NCBI GenBank assembly: GCA_963668025.2
Contig: CAXXTH010000017.1
Coordinates: forward strand, 640,001 to 704,000
Source: Candidatus Hydrogenedentota bacterium
GTDB taxonomy: Bacteria; Hydrogenedentota; Hydrogenedentia; Hydrogenedentales; SLHB01
Direction of reading: 5' to 3'
Length of the DNA stretch: 64,000 nucleotides
Positions 9,323-18,829 of the stretch are shown here, piece after piece (the first letter of the stretch is position 1; every line of letters begins with the position of its first letter). Both the position numbers and the translations under genes were made by a program. Below the pieces are notes generated by a model. The model worked only from the letters and a program-made list of their open reading frames with translations. It searched no databases and was not told the DNA's origin.

Positions 9323-10198
9323 TCACTCCTGCGTCGGCCCCTTTTCCGCGCGTAATCCCGCCTTCACCGCTCGCGCAAGACTGGCGAATTCATCCAGCGA
9401 AAGGGTTTGTGGGCGGCGCTCCCCATCGATTCCAACGGCATCCATGGCGTCGAGCACGACTTCCTTAGGCGCTCCGAAAGCGCCTGAGCGTGTGAGCGAA
9501 TTGCGCAGCGTTTTCCGTCGCTGGCTAAATGCCGTCCGGATGATGCGCATCAAAAAAGACTTTTCGAGATCTGGATAGAGTTCTTCCGTTCGATTGCGCA
9601 AACGCACCACGCAGCTATCCACGGCGGGGATGGGGCGGAAACACGTCCGCGGCACTTTACGCACGATATCCGCTTCCGCATGCAGTTTTGTAGCCAGCGC
9701 CAGCACGCCATAATCTCCGCCGCCAGGCTCCGCCACCATGCGCAGAGCCACCTCCTCCTGCACCATCACCACCATATGGGCGAAAAAAACGGACGATTCC
9801 CAGAAATGAAACAGAATGGGCGTGGTGATGTAATACGGCAAATTGGAGACCATCTTGCGGCTGGTTCCGTCTGGCAGGTATTCATCGAGCAATTTATTTA
9901 CATCGTGATTCAGCACGTCGCCCCGGAAAAGCTTGACATGCTCGAGCGCGCCAAACCGGTCTTCCAGGCACGGCATGAACGTGCGATCAATCTCGATGGC
10001 CAGCACGCGGCCCGCCTGCTGGCTCAATCGCTCCGTCAACGCACCGAGCCCCGCTCCCACCTCGATGACATCATCCGCTTTAGTGAGCAGGGCCGCGTCG
10101 CACATAATGCGGTTGATATTCTCATCCAGCAGCAGATTCTGGCCCAATTGCTTCTTAAATTGGATGCTATATCGCTTGCACAATTCCTGAAGCGTCAT
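9323..10198 (-). CDS. rsmA: 16S rRNA m6,2A1518/1519 dimethyltransferase
   Basis: KKQLGQNLL, EVGAGLGALT, SNLPYYITTP, F.QRRKTLRN. Confidence 0.95.
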   Translation of the reverse strand: MTLQELCKRYSIQFKKQLGQNLLLDENINRIMCDAALLTKADDVIEVGAGLGALTERLSQQAGRVLAIEIDRTFMPCLEDRFGALEHVKLFRGDVLNHDVNKLLDEYLPDGTSRKMVSNLPYYITTPILFHFWESSVFFAHMVVMVQEEVALRMVAEPGGGDYGVLALATKLHAEADIVRKVPRTCFRPIPAVDSCVVRLRNRTEELYPDLEKSFLMRIIRTAFSQRRKTLRNSLTRSGAFGAPKEVVLDAMDAVGIDGERRPQTLSLDEFASLARAVKAGLRAEKGPTQE

Positions 10199-10334
10199 CG
10201 CCTGTTCCCTACCGTTGTTGCAGATCCCATTATTTCAGGAACACGCCATTTTTGGCAATGGCTTCCCGAGCGGAACATGGCTTCCACGCCATGCAAAATA
10301 CCCCGCTTTTGCTATAACAGATACAGGCAGCCCA

Positions 10335-12596
10335 TTATGCGCCCGCTTCAAAAACAAGCCGCCGAACTTGGGACTGCCGCGCCGCTTCATGAATAAGGCT
10401 TGCGGCCATGGCTGGCGTCGAATCTTCTTCCGGCAGCCGGATGGCGGCAGGCGGAGCCATGGGAAAGATTGAGTGGAAACGCCCCATCATATGGATATAA
10501 CCGGCTGATGACTGGCGCGCCTTGCTGGCGTACTCCACGCCAGGGGTATAATATAAATCGTGTGTAATCGGGTTGCTCTTGATCACCCCGCGCGCGGGAT
10601 CACGGAACGCTCGGATATCAAGCGCTGCAAACCGGGCGCACACCTCGCTGTCGCGAACGGGGACCGCCTCGAAATGCAGGCCGAATTCCTCGCTCAGGCA
10701 CACGCCCTGTTCACGCACGTACGAAGCGAGCCGCAAACCCAATTCGAAGGCTTCCTCGCTCTCATGCATCTGGCGTCCGGACAGCATTTGCACACATTCA
10801 TTTAATCCCGCGATGCCAATGGCATAACACACATCATCCAAATCAAGAAGCGGCGTTCCTTGGTGTTCCGCCGACAGGAAACTCGATGGCCCGAATGACT
10901 TAGCCACGAACAGCCGCTCGAGAAACGCCCGCTTTGCCGTGTGGGCTTGTGCGGCAAGCCGGGCCAAATGCGCCAGTTCAGTGCGCACCCCTTCTTCGCC
11001 GCCGCCCCGATACGCCGCTCGAGGCAAATTCAACGTCACCTGATTGGCCCATACGCCTCGGAGCTGCCAAGCCTCCCGCGGCGGCTCCCCATTCAGGGAG
11101 TCCGTATCTTCCCGCTCGAACGCCACCATCATAGCGCCGCCAGAAGCCGCATATGCGGCGGCGCGCTCGAGCCATTCCGATGGCAGGGGCCGTGAAGGAT
11201 CAGCCGCGTCAAAATGCACGCATAGCACCGGATCCACCGCATCCCCTCGGGAAAAGCGTTCTTCCGTACAGACATCGAACAGAGCCAGCGCCACCCGGCG
11301 GGCCAGGCTGCGTTCTCCCTCCTCGCCAGGCGGCCCTTCCCATGCGATATGCACCACCCCAGGGGTAACGGGATAGCGAGGCGGGGGGGATCGATACGCA
11401 AGGCCGATCAGCGCCAGGCGCACAAACTGGCGCAACGCGTCTTCACTCAGTCCCGCCGCATAAGGGGCCAAATGACTATTCAAGGCGTCCCATCGCACGG
11501 CGCCCATGAAATGCGGCCGAATCGCCGCGCTAAACCGGCCCAGATGGGAGAGAAAGCTTTCCGCATTCCGAGGCGGGCGCGCATGCCGCGGATGGCCTGG
11601 CGCAGGCATCCCAAACCGGGTTACATACGCGAGAGAAGCGCTGCATGCCTGGAATCGGTCAATAAACCCCAAATCATGGAGGTGGATGTCGCCCAGCATA
11701 TGGGCGTCCGCCTCCTCACGGCCATACACGCGTGTCAAGGCGAACTCACGCTTAACCCGTTCCGCCAGCTCTAGATCCGTCGCCAGGGGATCACGCGGAT
11801 AGGACGATTCATCCCGGTTCGGCACACAGATGATCTGTTCTGCATCAAACAGCGGAACGCCCAGGCGCATGTGCCGCAAGCGAAATTCTTCGAGGCCATG
11901 CTCGATAAGCTTCGCATCCACCAGCTCGCGCACCAGGGAAGCGGTGAGCGTCTTCACCTCCGAGGAGAGTATCTGCTGCTCGACTTCCAGCGCCACCAGC
12001 CGCGCGCGATCCTCATCCATACCCGTTTCGCGCATGAGCGCTTCCACGATTTTATGCGTATCCCAAGCAGCCAGGGTGTCGCCGCTCGTGCGCACAAACA
12101 TCGAAGCGGGCGAAGCCGTCTCGCTCTCCAAGCGTCCCCGCCGGGCCTCCGCCAATTCATAGAGAAGCGGCTTCATATTTCCTTCGCGCAATTCCCGGAT
12201 CCGGGCGCGCTTATCCCGGTACCGCGCATACACAAGGGCGATATCACCGTGGCCCAATTCGATCAGGACGCGTTCGACCGCGTCATTCACTTGGTCCACG
12301 GTAGGCGTTTGGACGCGAAGGGATTTAGACAGATACAGCGCCACCCCCGAGGCCAGGCTCTCGGCGCGGTCCCGGTCGATCTGGCCCACGGACTCCATGG
12401 CCCGGATAATCGCGCTGGCGATCTTAGCTTTTTCAAAAGGGGCTTGGCGTCCATCCCGTTTAATGATCGAGGTGAATGCTTCCGGAGGCGCGCCAATTAA
12501 GGAAGGAAACAACAACTGCGCGTCGTACGTCCCTTCTTGGGCGTGCGGCGCGTCTACAGGCTTTTCATACGGATTGTCGGCTTGGGATGCGGTCAT
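10335..12596 (-). CDS. NrdD (class III ribonucleotide reductase)-like protein with two ATP cones, apparently catalytically degenerate
   Basis: IIKRDG ATP cone, second cone FVRTSG..W...IVEAL.RE, AHMLGDIHLHDLGFIDR, NQVTLNLPR, GLNE. No CxxC zinc site and no R-[IV]-x-G-Y glycyl loop at the C-terminus. Confidence 0.8.
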   Translation of the reverse strand: MTASQADNPYEKPVDAPHAQEGTYDAQLLFPSLIGAPPEAFTSIIKRDGRQAPFEKAKIASAIIRAMESVGQIDRDRAESLASGVALYLSKSLRVQTPTVDQVNDAVERVLIELGHGDIALVYARYRDKRARIRELREGNMKPLLYELAEARRGRLESETASPASMFVRTSGDTLAAWDTHKIVEALMRETGMDEDRARLVALEVEQQILSSEVKTLTASLVRELVDAKLIEHGLEEFRLRHMRLGVPLFDAEQIICVPNRDESSYPRDPLATDLELAERVKREFALTRVYGREEADAHMLGDIHLHDLGFIDRFQACSASLAYVTRFGMPAPGHPRHARPPRNAESFLSHLGRFSAAIRPHFMGAVRWDALNSHLAPYAAGLSEDALRQFVRLALIGLAYRSPPPRYPVTPGVVHIAWEGPPGEEGERSLARRVALALFDVCTEERFSRGDAVDPVLCVHFDAADPSRPLPSEWLERAAAYAASGGAMMVAFEREDTDSLNGEPPREAWQLRGVWANQVTLNLPRAAYRGGGEEGVRTELAHLARLAAQAHTAKRAFLERLFVAKSFGPSSFLSAEHQGTPLLDLDDVCYAIGIAGLNECVQMLSGRQMHESEEAFELGLRLASYVREQGVCLSEEFGLHFEAVPVRDSEVCARFAALDIRAFRDPARGVIKSNPITHDLYYTPGVEYASKARQSSAGYIHMMGRFHSIFPMAPPAAIRLPEEDSTPAMAASLIHEAARQSQVRRLVFEAGA

Positions 12597-12859
12597 GGCT
12601 CCACAAGGCGCTTGGGGCAACCGGAAACCTGCTCCGCCGTGGAGAGGCTTTTCTGTTTACATTATAGACAGCCGCCCATGCGAACCGAAGTGTACCGGAT
12701 CCAACCCCTGGCAGACAACATGCATCTAGAAAATGGCATGCCGCCATTGCCCCGGCTAGGTTTCACCGGCTCCCATTCCTGGCAAGAACAAACAACAAGT
12801 GCAAGATATATGCGCCCGGCAGGTTCGCTGCACGCAAACCGCCGGGCCATTTATGAAAA

Positions 12860-13144
12860 CTAATAACGCGATTGATAACCGCCACGGGCCGGGCTTCTTT
12901 CCTCACGCGGACGCGCCTCATTCACCTTGAGGGTCCGGCCGCCCAAATCCGCGCCATCCATTTTCTGGATAGCCGTATGTCCTTCCGAATCGTTCTCCAT
13001 CTCGACAAATCCGAAACCACGGGAACGATTGGTCATCTTGTCCATGATGACACGCGCCGACGTAACCTGGCCGAATTGTGCAAACGCATCTTCGAGGTCC
13101 GAATCGTTGGTCTGATACGACAAATTGCCTACATAGATCCTCAT
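12860..13144 (-). CDS. RRM RNA-binding protein
   Basis: RNP2 IYVGNL, RNP1 RGFGFVEM, LKVNEARPRE, short Gly/Arg tail. Confidence 0.95.
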   Translation of the reverse strand: MRIYVGNLSYQTNDSDLEDAFAQFGQVTSARVIMDKMTNRSRGFGFVEMENDSEGHTAIQKMDGADLGGRTLKVNEARPREERSPARGGYQSRY

Positions 13145-13360
13145 AATAATCCCCTCTTACACTGTACATTTGGGTTGATGCGCGTGGAAATCCATGGCGG
13201 CAGGCCGGACACAGGCATATATGCCGTTCGCGGCGGCGTTGCTTTAGCCGCTCGCGACCGAACTCTCTCGCGAATTCTAGGCGCTCTCCCCTTTTCCGAC
13301 AAACACCTCCCGTGTCCGGTGAGCGGGCAGCAGATCCCGTTACCCTCGTGAGGCTGTTTT

Positions 13361-13389
13361 AGCATATCCATGAACTCTTAAAGAGTCAA
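13361..13389 (-). promoter_or_regulatory. Sigma70-type promoter of the RRM gene
   Basis: TTGACT-N17-TATGCT on the minus strand. Confidence 0.55.
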
Positions 13390-13515
13390 GTTTCTGTGCT
13401 TGTTTCCCATTTCCGCCTAGAAGCCAACACAGCAGTCGAATAACCATCCATCACGCCCATACGCGCCAGGCCGTTTCTTTTCATCCGCCCCGCGCATTTG
13501 TTAGGATATCGGATA

Positions 13516-14373
13516 ATGGGTGCATATGTATATACCGGCTCAGACCAGCGCCGCATCACGCGCGTGATTCCCGATCTTATCCGCCATCGGGAGCTCCTGA
13601 TGGAACTCATCTGGAAAGATTTGCGCGTTCGGTACCGGTATGCCGCCGTCGGTTTTTTGTGGGCGGTGCTCGAACCCCTATGCATGACGGTCATTCTGTC
13701 CCTAGTGTTTTTTATCTTGGTGCCGTCGAAGACTGGCCAGCACGGGCTTACTCCCTTATTGGTGCTGGGCGGATACGTCCCTTGGCAGTTTTTTTCCAAT
13801 TCCATCTTAACCGCCACCCGTTCGCTGGTGGATAATCCCCATCTGGTGAAGAAGGTCGCTTTTCCCCGCGAGATCATCCCACTGGCGGCGGTAGGCGGCG
13901 GATTGGTCAATCTAGTCATCGGCATCGTGCTCTTGGGCGTCATCGGCGCTTTTCTCGGCCTGCGTCCCGGCATCGAGCTTCTCTATCTCCCCCTCGTGCT
14001 GACGATTCTGATAGCGATGGCCATCGGCCTGTCACTGCTGCTATCCAGTTTGAACGTATACTTCCATGATGTCAGCTATTTGGCCAGCGTGGCCCTGATG
14101 TTCGCTTTTTACGCCTCGCCGGTGTTTTATAGCATCGATTTGGTCCGGGGGGCCCTTGAACAACATGGCGCGCCGAGGCTGTTGTATCTCTACCTCGCCA
14201 ATCCCATGGCGGGGCTTATTGGCGCGTTTCGCCAAGCCGTGGGAGTTCCCATAGAATCACCTGCTCCCATCCCGCATATGCTGGTTTGGCCCGCCATTTG
14301 TGCTGTTCTCCTGCTGGCGGTGGGCGTCGTGGTGTTTCGGCGCAACGCCCCCACCTTATCGGACAATTTGTAA
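13516..14373 (+). CDS. ABC-2 polysaccharide export permease (Wzm-like)
   Basis: WKDLRVRYR...GFLWAVLEP, LVKKVAFPRE, FYASPVFY, NPM. Multiple TM segments. Confidence 0.9.
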   Translation: MGAYVYTGSDQRRITRVIPDLIRHRELLMELIWKDLRVRYRYAAVGFLWAVLEPLCMTVILSLVFFILVPSKTGQHGLTPLLVLGGYVPWQFFSNSILTATRSLVDNPHLVKKVAFPREIIPLAAVGGGLVNLVIGIVLLGVIGAFLGLRPGIELLYLPLVLTILIAMAIGLSLLLSSLNVYFHDVSYLASVALMFAFYASPVFYSIDLVRGALEQHGAPRLLYLYLANPMAGLIGAFRQAVGVPIESPAPIPHMLVWPAICAVLLLAVGVVVFRRNAPTLSDNL

Positions 14374-16466
14374 TGGCGCTCATTGAAGTAACAAACGTCA
14401 CGAAGCTTTTCCGAATGCACCGGGGAACGCGCGTGCTCGTTGGGCGCGGCGGGCTTGCTGACTGGCTGCATGGCCGGAAACGCGAAACGTTCGCCGCCCT
14501 TAAGAACGTGAACTTCCACGTCGAGCCGGGCGAATCCGTGGGCATCATCGGCCGGAATGGCTCCGGGAAAAGCACCCTCCTTAAAATCATCGCGGGCGTC
14601 ACGGTTCCTACGAGCGGCGGCATCACCGTGCGCGGGCGCGTCGCCTCCCTCCTCGAGCTAGGCGCGGGCTTCCATCCCATGCTCACCGGGCGCGAAAATA
14701 TCTACCTTAACGGAAATCTGATCGGCATGCGCCGGTCGCAGATCGACGAGGTCTTTGACGATATTGTGTCTTTCTCCGGCATCGGTGAATTTATCGATAA
14801 TCCGGTGGACACCTATTCGAGCGGCATGTTTGTCCGTCTCGGATTCGCCGTCGCGGTCCATTCGGATCCCGATGTCTTTCTCGTTGATGAAGTGTTGAGC
14901 GTGGGAGACGAAGAATTCCAGCGGCGCTGCCAGCAGCGCATCAGCGAATTAATGGCCCAAGGCAAAACCATTGTATTCGTTTCGCACGACCTCAATATCG
15001 TCAACACCATATGCCGCCGGGTGGTGCTCATGCAGCATGGCGAAATGCTCATGCGCGACACCCCGCAATCCACCATTGATTTCTACCTGCGCCAGATAGG
15101 TTCCGAGCAGGGCATTCACAATTTCTCGAATGAACCTATCGAAGCCATTGCCTGCCATGGCCGCTTGTCCATGTTTTATGAACGCCGTGAAACCACCGCG
15201 CCCAGCGGATTTCTCGCCGCCGTACGCTGCATGGAGCAACTCCATTATTCCACTTCCGCCACATGGGCCATCGAGCAACGCCAGTCCTCGGGCTGCCTGA
15301 TGCTTGGCCGCATGCCTCGCGTCCCCATCACCCATATATGGACCCTGCGTATCGAGAATGGACGGCTCTTCTGGGATATCGCGATTGATTGCAGCCAAGA
15401 CGCCCCCATACAAATGCTCGAAATCCAAATGCAATTCCCCGCGCGCTACACCCAATGGATCAATGGCGATTTTAACGGGACTTTCCCGGATATACTTCCT
15501 TCCGATTTGGAATGGTCGCTCGTAGCCCCCGCACAACATGGGTATCATGAAGCCGCCATTTACGGAGAAGAGGCATGCGAATTGCCGCCGCTCCTCATCC
15601 ATGTGCATGCGCACAATCCCTACGTGTCCCTGCAATGGTTCAACACGGACTACATGGCAAGCGCCCGGGCGCTCACAGTGGCTTGCCGCATACCCGAAGC
15701 CGAATGGCCGCTCAAGGCGGGACGGCACGAATTGATGTCCATTGAAGTGCGGCCCGCGGAAAACCATGCGGAAGTGAGCGACTGGGCGCATAACCGCGAA
15801 GCCCAGCGCCATCTCATTCTGGGAGCGCTTCAAGCGCGATATTACCGAGGCGCTATCCAATTAATGTATGCCGGTGAAACGCTCACCGCTTTTCTGGGCT
15901 TCTATGCATCCATGCTCATCGGCGGGTTATGGAATGACAGTACGGCTTTGAAATGGAATGCAGCCACACGCACCGGCGATTGCATCGAAGCCACGGGCGA
16001 ATCGAGGCGGTTCCCCTTCCGCCAGCATTGGCGTATTGAAATCACACCGGAAGGCCTTGCCGTGTCCATCGAACTGGAGGCGCTCGAGCCGCTCGATGTC
16101 GAGGAATATCACGCCTGCATATGCTTGCGGCCAGAATATGAACACTGGCGGACCGAACACGAATCAGGTGCATATCCTGATTTTGATCCCGACGCCGAAG
16201 ACTGGCGGCATGCGAACCGCCTCTATGCGCCTGGGCGATTCGGCGCGGCGTTGAGTTCAACCTATCCGCGTGTTACCATGGCCAGCGTAGCCAATGCGAT
16301 ACCATTTCGGTTCACCGCAATCAATTCAGGCTATATGCAACACGCCCGCGTGCTGGAAGCGTTGCGCACGCCGGATGTCGGCTGTATCCACTTCGAGCCA
16401 GGCCGGCGCCTGTATTTTGCAGGCCTCATTAACGTGGGCGAACCAGACCCGCCGACCAACGGCTAA
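14373..16466 (+). CDS. Polysaccharide ABC exporter ATPase (Wzt-like) with a long duplicated C-terminal extension
   Basis: TAATG coupling with wzm. GRNGSGKST, YSSGMFVRLGFA, LVDEVLSVGD, VSHD, then ~450 aa of extension. Confidence 0.88.
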   Translation: MALIEVTNVTKLFRMHRGTRVLVGRGGLADWLHGRKRETFAALKNVNFHVEPGESVGIIGRNGSGKSTLLKIIAGVTVPTSGGITVRGRVASLLELGAGFHPMLTGRENIYLNGNLIGMRRSQIDEVFDDIVSFSGIGEFIDNPVDTYSSGMFVRLGFAVAVHSDPDVFLVDEVLSVGDEEFQRRCQQRISELMAQGKTIVFVSHDLNIVNTICRRVVLMQHGEMLMRDTPQSTIDFYLRQIGSEQGIHNFSNEPIEAIACHGRLSMFYERRETTAPSGFLAAVRCMEQLHYSTSATWAIEQRQSSGCLMLGRMPRVPITHIWTLRIENGRLFWDIAIDCSQDAPIQMLEIQMQFPARYTQWINGDFNGTFPDILPSDLEWSLVAPAQHGYHEAAIYGEEACELPPLLIHVHAHNPYVSLQWFNTDYMASARALTVACRIPEAEWPLKAGRHELMSIEVRPAENHAEVSDWAHNREAQRHLILGALQARYYRGAIQLMYAGETLTAFLGFYASMLIGGLWNDSTALKWNAATRTGDCIEATGESRRFPFRQHWRIEITPEGLAVSIELEALEPLDVEEYHACICLRPEYEHWRTEHESGAYPDFDPDAEDWRHANRLYAPGRFGAALSSTYPRVTMASVANAIPFRFTAINSGYMQHARVLEALRTPDVGCIHFEPGRRLYFAGLINVGEPDPPTNG

Positions 16467-16520
16467 CCCAAAACCGGCAGGGCATCGTATGCGCCGCCGC
16501 GAAAGAATAGGTTATTTACA

Positions 16521-17819
16521 ATGGATAGCGTGGAGACTCGCGGCAAGCAAGCGGCCCAATACCTTTCGGCGATAAAAAAAACCAAACGCAGGGTGATCAC
16601 GCGGCGCGCCGTGATGTGGCTCGGGCAGACCTGCAATCTCCGCTGTTATTTCTGCTATTTCGTCAACCGTATCAGCGATTTCCGCCACCCCGAGCACCCA
16701 TTCATGTCGGTGGAAAAAGCAAAAGCCATCTGCAAGACCGTTCGCGAATATTATGGATGCAGCTCGATTGACATCCAAGGCGGCGAACCTACTATTCATC
16801 CCGATATACTCGAATTGATCACCTATTGCCGCGATATCGGCTTATACCCCACCTTGATCACTAACGGCCTGCGCCTCGCCCACCCTGGCGAACTGGAAAA
16901 ATATGTGGATGCGGGCGTGCGCGATTTCTTAGTCAGCCTCCACGGCATCGGCGCAGTGCATGACCAAGTCGTCGGCCGCCCTGATGCATACGAAGACATC
17001 ACGACCGCCATTGGGCGCATGCGCGAATTGGGCGTTCCATTCCGCTTCAACTGCACCATGTCGGAGCCGGTCGTGCCGCTGCTTCCGGAGATTGCCCAGA
17101 AGGCTATTGAATACGGCGCGCTTGGCGTGAACTATATCGCCTTCAATCCGTTCGGCGACCAGGAAACGGGACAGCGCACCTCCAAAAACGTGCCCCAGTA
17201 TGGCCAGATACAAGCGCCGCTCACGCAAGCCCTTGATATGCTTGAAGAAGCACACATCGAAGTGAACGTCCGCTATATTCCGCTGTGTATTGTCGAGCCG
17301 CGCCATCGGAAAAATGTCTACAATTACCAGCAATTGTCATATGACCTGCATGAATGGAATTATGCGAGCTGGCTTTGGACCATGATGCAGCCCCAAATGA
17401 TGCAGGAGGGCAAACTCGCACCGGTATTTCATGCAGGCGCTACCGGCAGCAAATATTACCGCTCGCTCCCCACGTATTGGCGCGATTACGCCGCCGCCCA
17501 TCCCATCGCGGCGCGGCTGCGCTTTGGGCTTCATAACATATTGGGCGCTCTAGACATGGCCATGCGGGGAAAAGACGCCATCTTCCGGGATGAGGCGCGA
17601 ATCCGCGCCGCGCAAGACTGTAAATACCGATATCACGAAGCGTGCGCCCGCTGCGCCGTGAAGAGCATCTGCGATGGTTTCCATGGCGATTACGCGGATC
17701 TGTTTGGCACCGAGGAAGCACGGCCCATGACGGATATGCAACCCGTCGATGATCCATGCTTTTTTATTCGCGAGCAAGAAAAGATCGTCGAACCAGAAGA
17801 GCAGGGCTGGGCGTTATAG
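16521..17819 (+). CDS. Radical SAM protein with a C-terminal Cys cluster
   Basis: CNLRCYFC, GGEPT, ITNG, VSLHG. C-terminal C..(6)..CARC....ICDG auxiliary-cluster-like motif. Confidence 0.9.
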   Translation: MDSVETRGKQAAQYLSAIKKTKRRVITRRAVMWLGQTCNLRCYFCYFVNRISDFRHPEHPFMSVEKAKAICKTVREYYGCSSIDIQGGEPTIHPDILELITYCRDIGLYPTLITNGLRLAHPGELEKYVDAGVRDFLVSLHGIGAVHDQVVGRPDAYEDITTAIGRMRELGVPFRFNCTMSEPVVPLLPEIAQKAIEYGALGVNYIAFNPFGDQETGQRTSKNVPQYGQIQAPLTQALDMLEEAHIEVNVRYIPLCIVEPRHRKNVYNYQQLSYDLHEWNYASWLWTMMQPQMMQEGKLAPVFHAGATGSKYYRSLPTYWRDYAAAHPIAARLRFGLHNILGALDMAMRGKDAIFRDEARIRAAQDCKYRYHEACARCAVKSICDGFHGDYADLFGTEEARPMTDMQPVDDPCFFIREQEKIVEPEEQGWAL

Positions 17820-17841
17820 CCTTTATTGAGACGAAAATACC

Positions 17842-18708
17842 CTATTCCATGATTATCATTTCTTCACAATACGGGAAATAGGGCCGTAATTTATTATAAT
17901 TGCGCTCGAATCGCAGTTTGGAATTGATTTGTTTCACCAATAGATCCGTTGAATGCTCATTGTATCTTTTACAGATAAATCTGGTATCTAGGCCGAGGAT
18001 TTTGCACGCTTCCAATGTAGGGCAAAAATTGATGGAATGAAAAACTATCTTGCCGCGCTCCCGAGTAGTGATGGGCGCCTCCTCTTCGACAATGCCAAAC
18101 CGGCATAACAATAGCTTGTAGGCGCTTTCCACTGGCTCTTTATCAAGAAATGAAAATGATTCTTTGTTTTCTTTAAACCACGCGAGGCGGCGCTGGACAG
18201 AGTCTTCGTTGAACGCGGCCAGCTTTTCTTCGGTGATATGGCGCAATCGCTTTATTTCATCCCGGACACTCTTTAAGTAGAGTACTTCACATTCCTTATG
18301 CAATATATCTGGATAGATGGCGACTGTCTTGCCAGCCCTGTCAAATATCTCGCTACAGGATATACAAATCCGGTTTCTTCCTTGTTTGCGTGATTGCTCT
18401 ATTGAATATCCATATGCGACTTCCGTAATCCCTGCCCATACAATCGCGGAAGAACACATCGGACAGGGTTCATGTGTGGATACCATCACGCATCCAGTAA
18501 GGTCTTTCCCGATTTCTTTTGAAGCCCGCTTTATTGCATTGATTTCCGCATGGGATGTGGGATCGTTCGCCGTTTCTTCCTCATCATGAGCCTGAGACAA
18601 AATCTGGCCATTCTTGATGATTACTGCACCAAATCCATGATTTCCTTCCCGCAGGCTTAACCGAGCCTCCGTAAGTGCTGTGTTCATGCCGATTTCATGC
18701 AGGTTCAC
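17842..18708 (-). CDS. Cytidine/guanine deaminase-family protein fused to a C-terminal Cys-containing domain
   Basis: FGAVII, DPTSHAE, THEPCPMC. Extra ~140-aa C-terminus with FCPTLEAC...C and CEE. Visibly AT-richer than neighbours. Confidence 0.85.
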   Translation of the reverse strand: MNLHEIGMNTALTEARLSLREGNHGFGAVIIKNGQILSQAHDEEETANDPTSHAEINAIKRASKEIGKDLTGCVMVSTHEPCPMCSSAIVWAGITEVAYGYSIEQSRKQGRNRICISCSEIFDRAGKTVAIYPDILHKECEVLYLKSVRDEIKRLRHITEEKLAAFNEDSVQRRLAWFKENKESFSFLDKEPVESAYKLLLCRFGIVEEEAPITTRERGKIVFHSINFCPTLEACKILGLDTRFICKRYNEHSTDLLVKQINSKLRFERNYNKLRPYFPYCEEMIIME

Positions 18709-18829
18709 TGTCCCCCCCCAAAAAGCATCTTTGGTGATGAAACCCGTAGGACATTACGACTTAGCCGCGCGGCTTTATGCGCCGACTGTATTCAACGAGG
18801 AAAGAGCCGATAAAGGCCGTTCACCGCCT

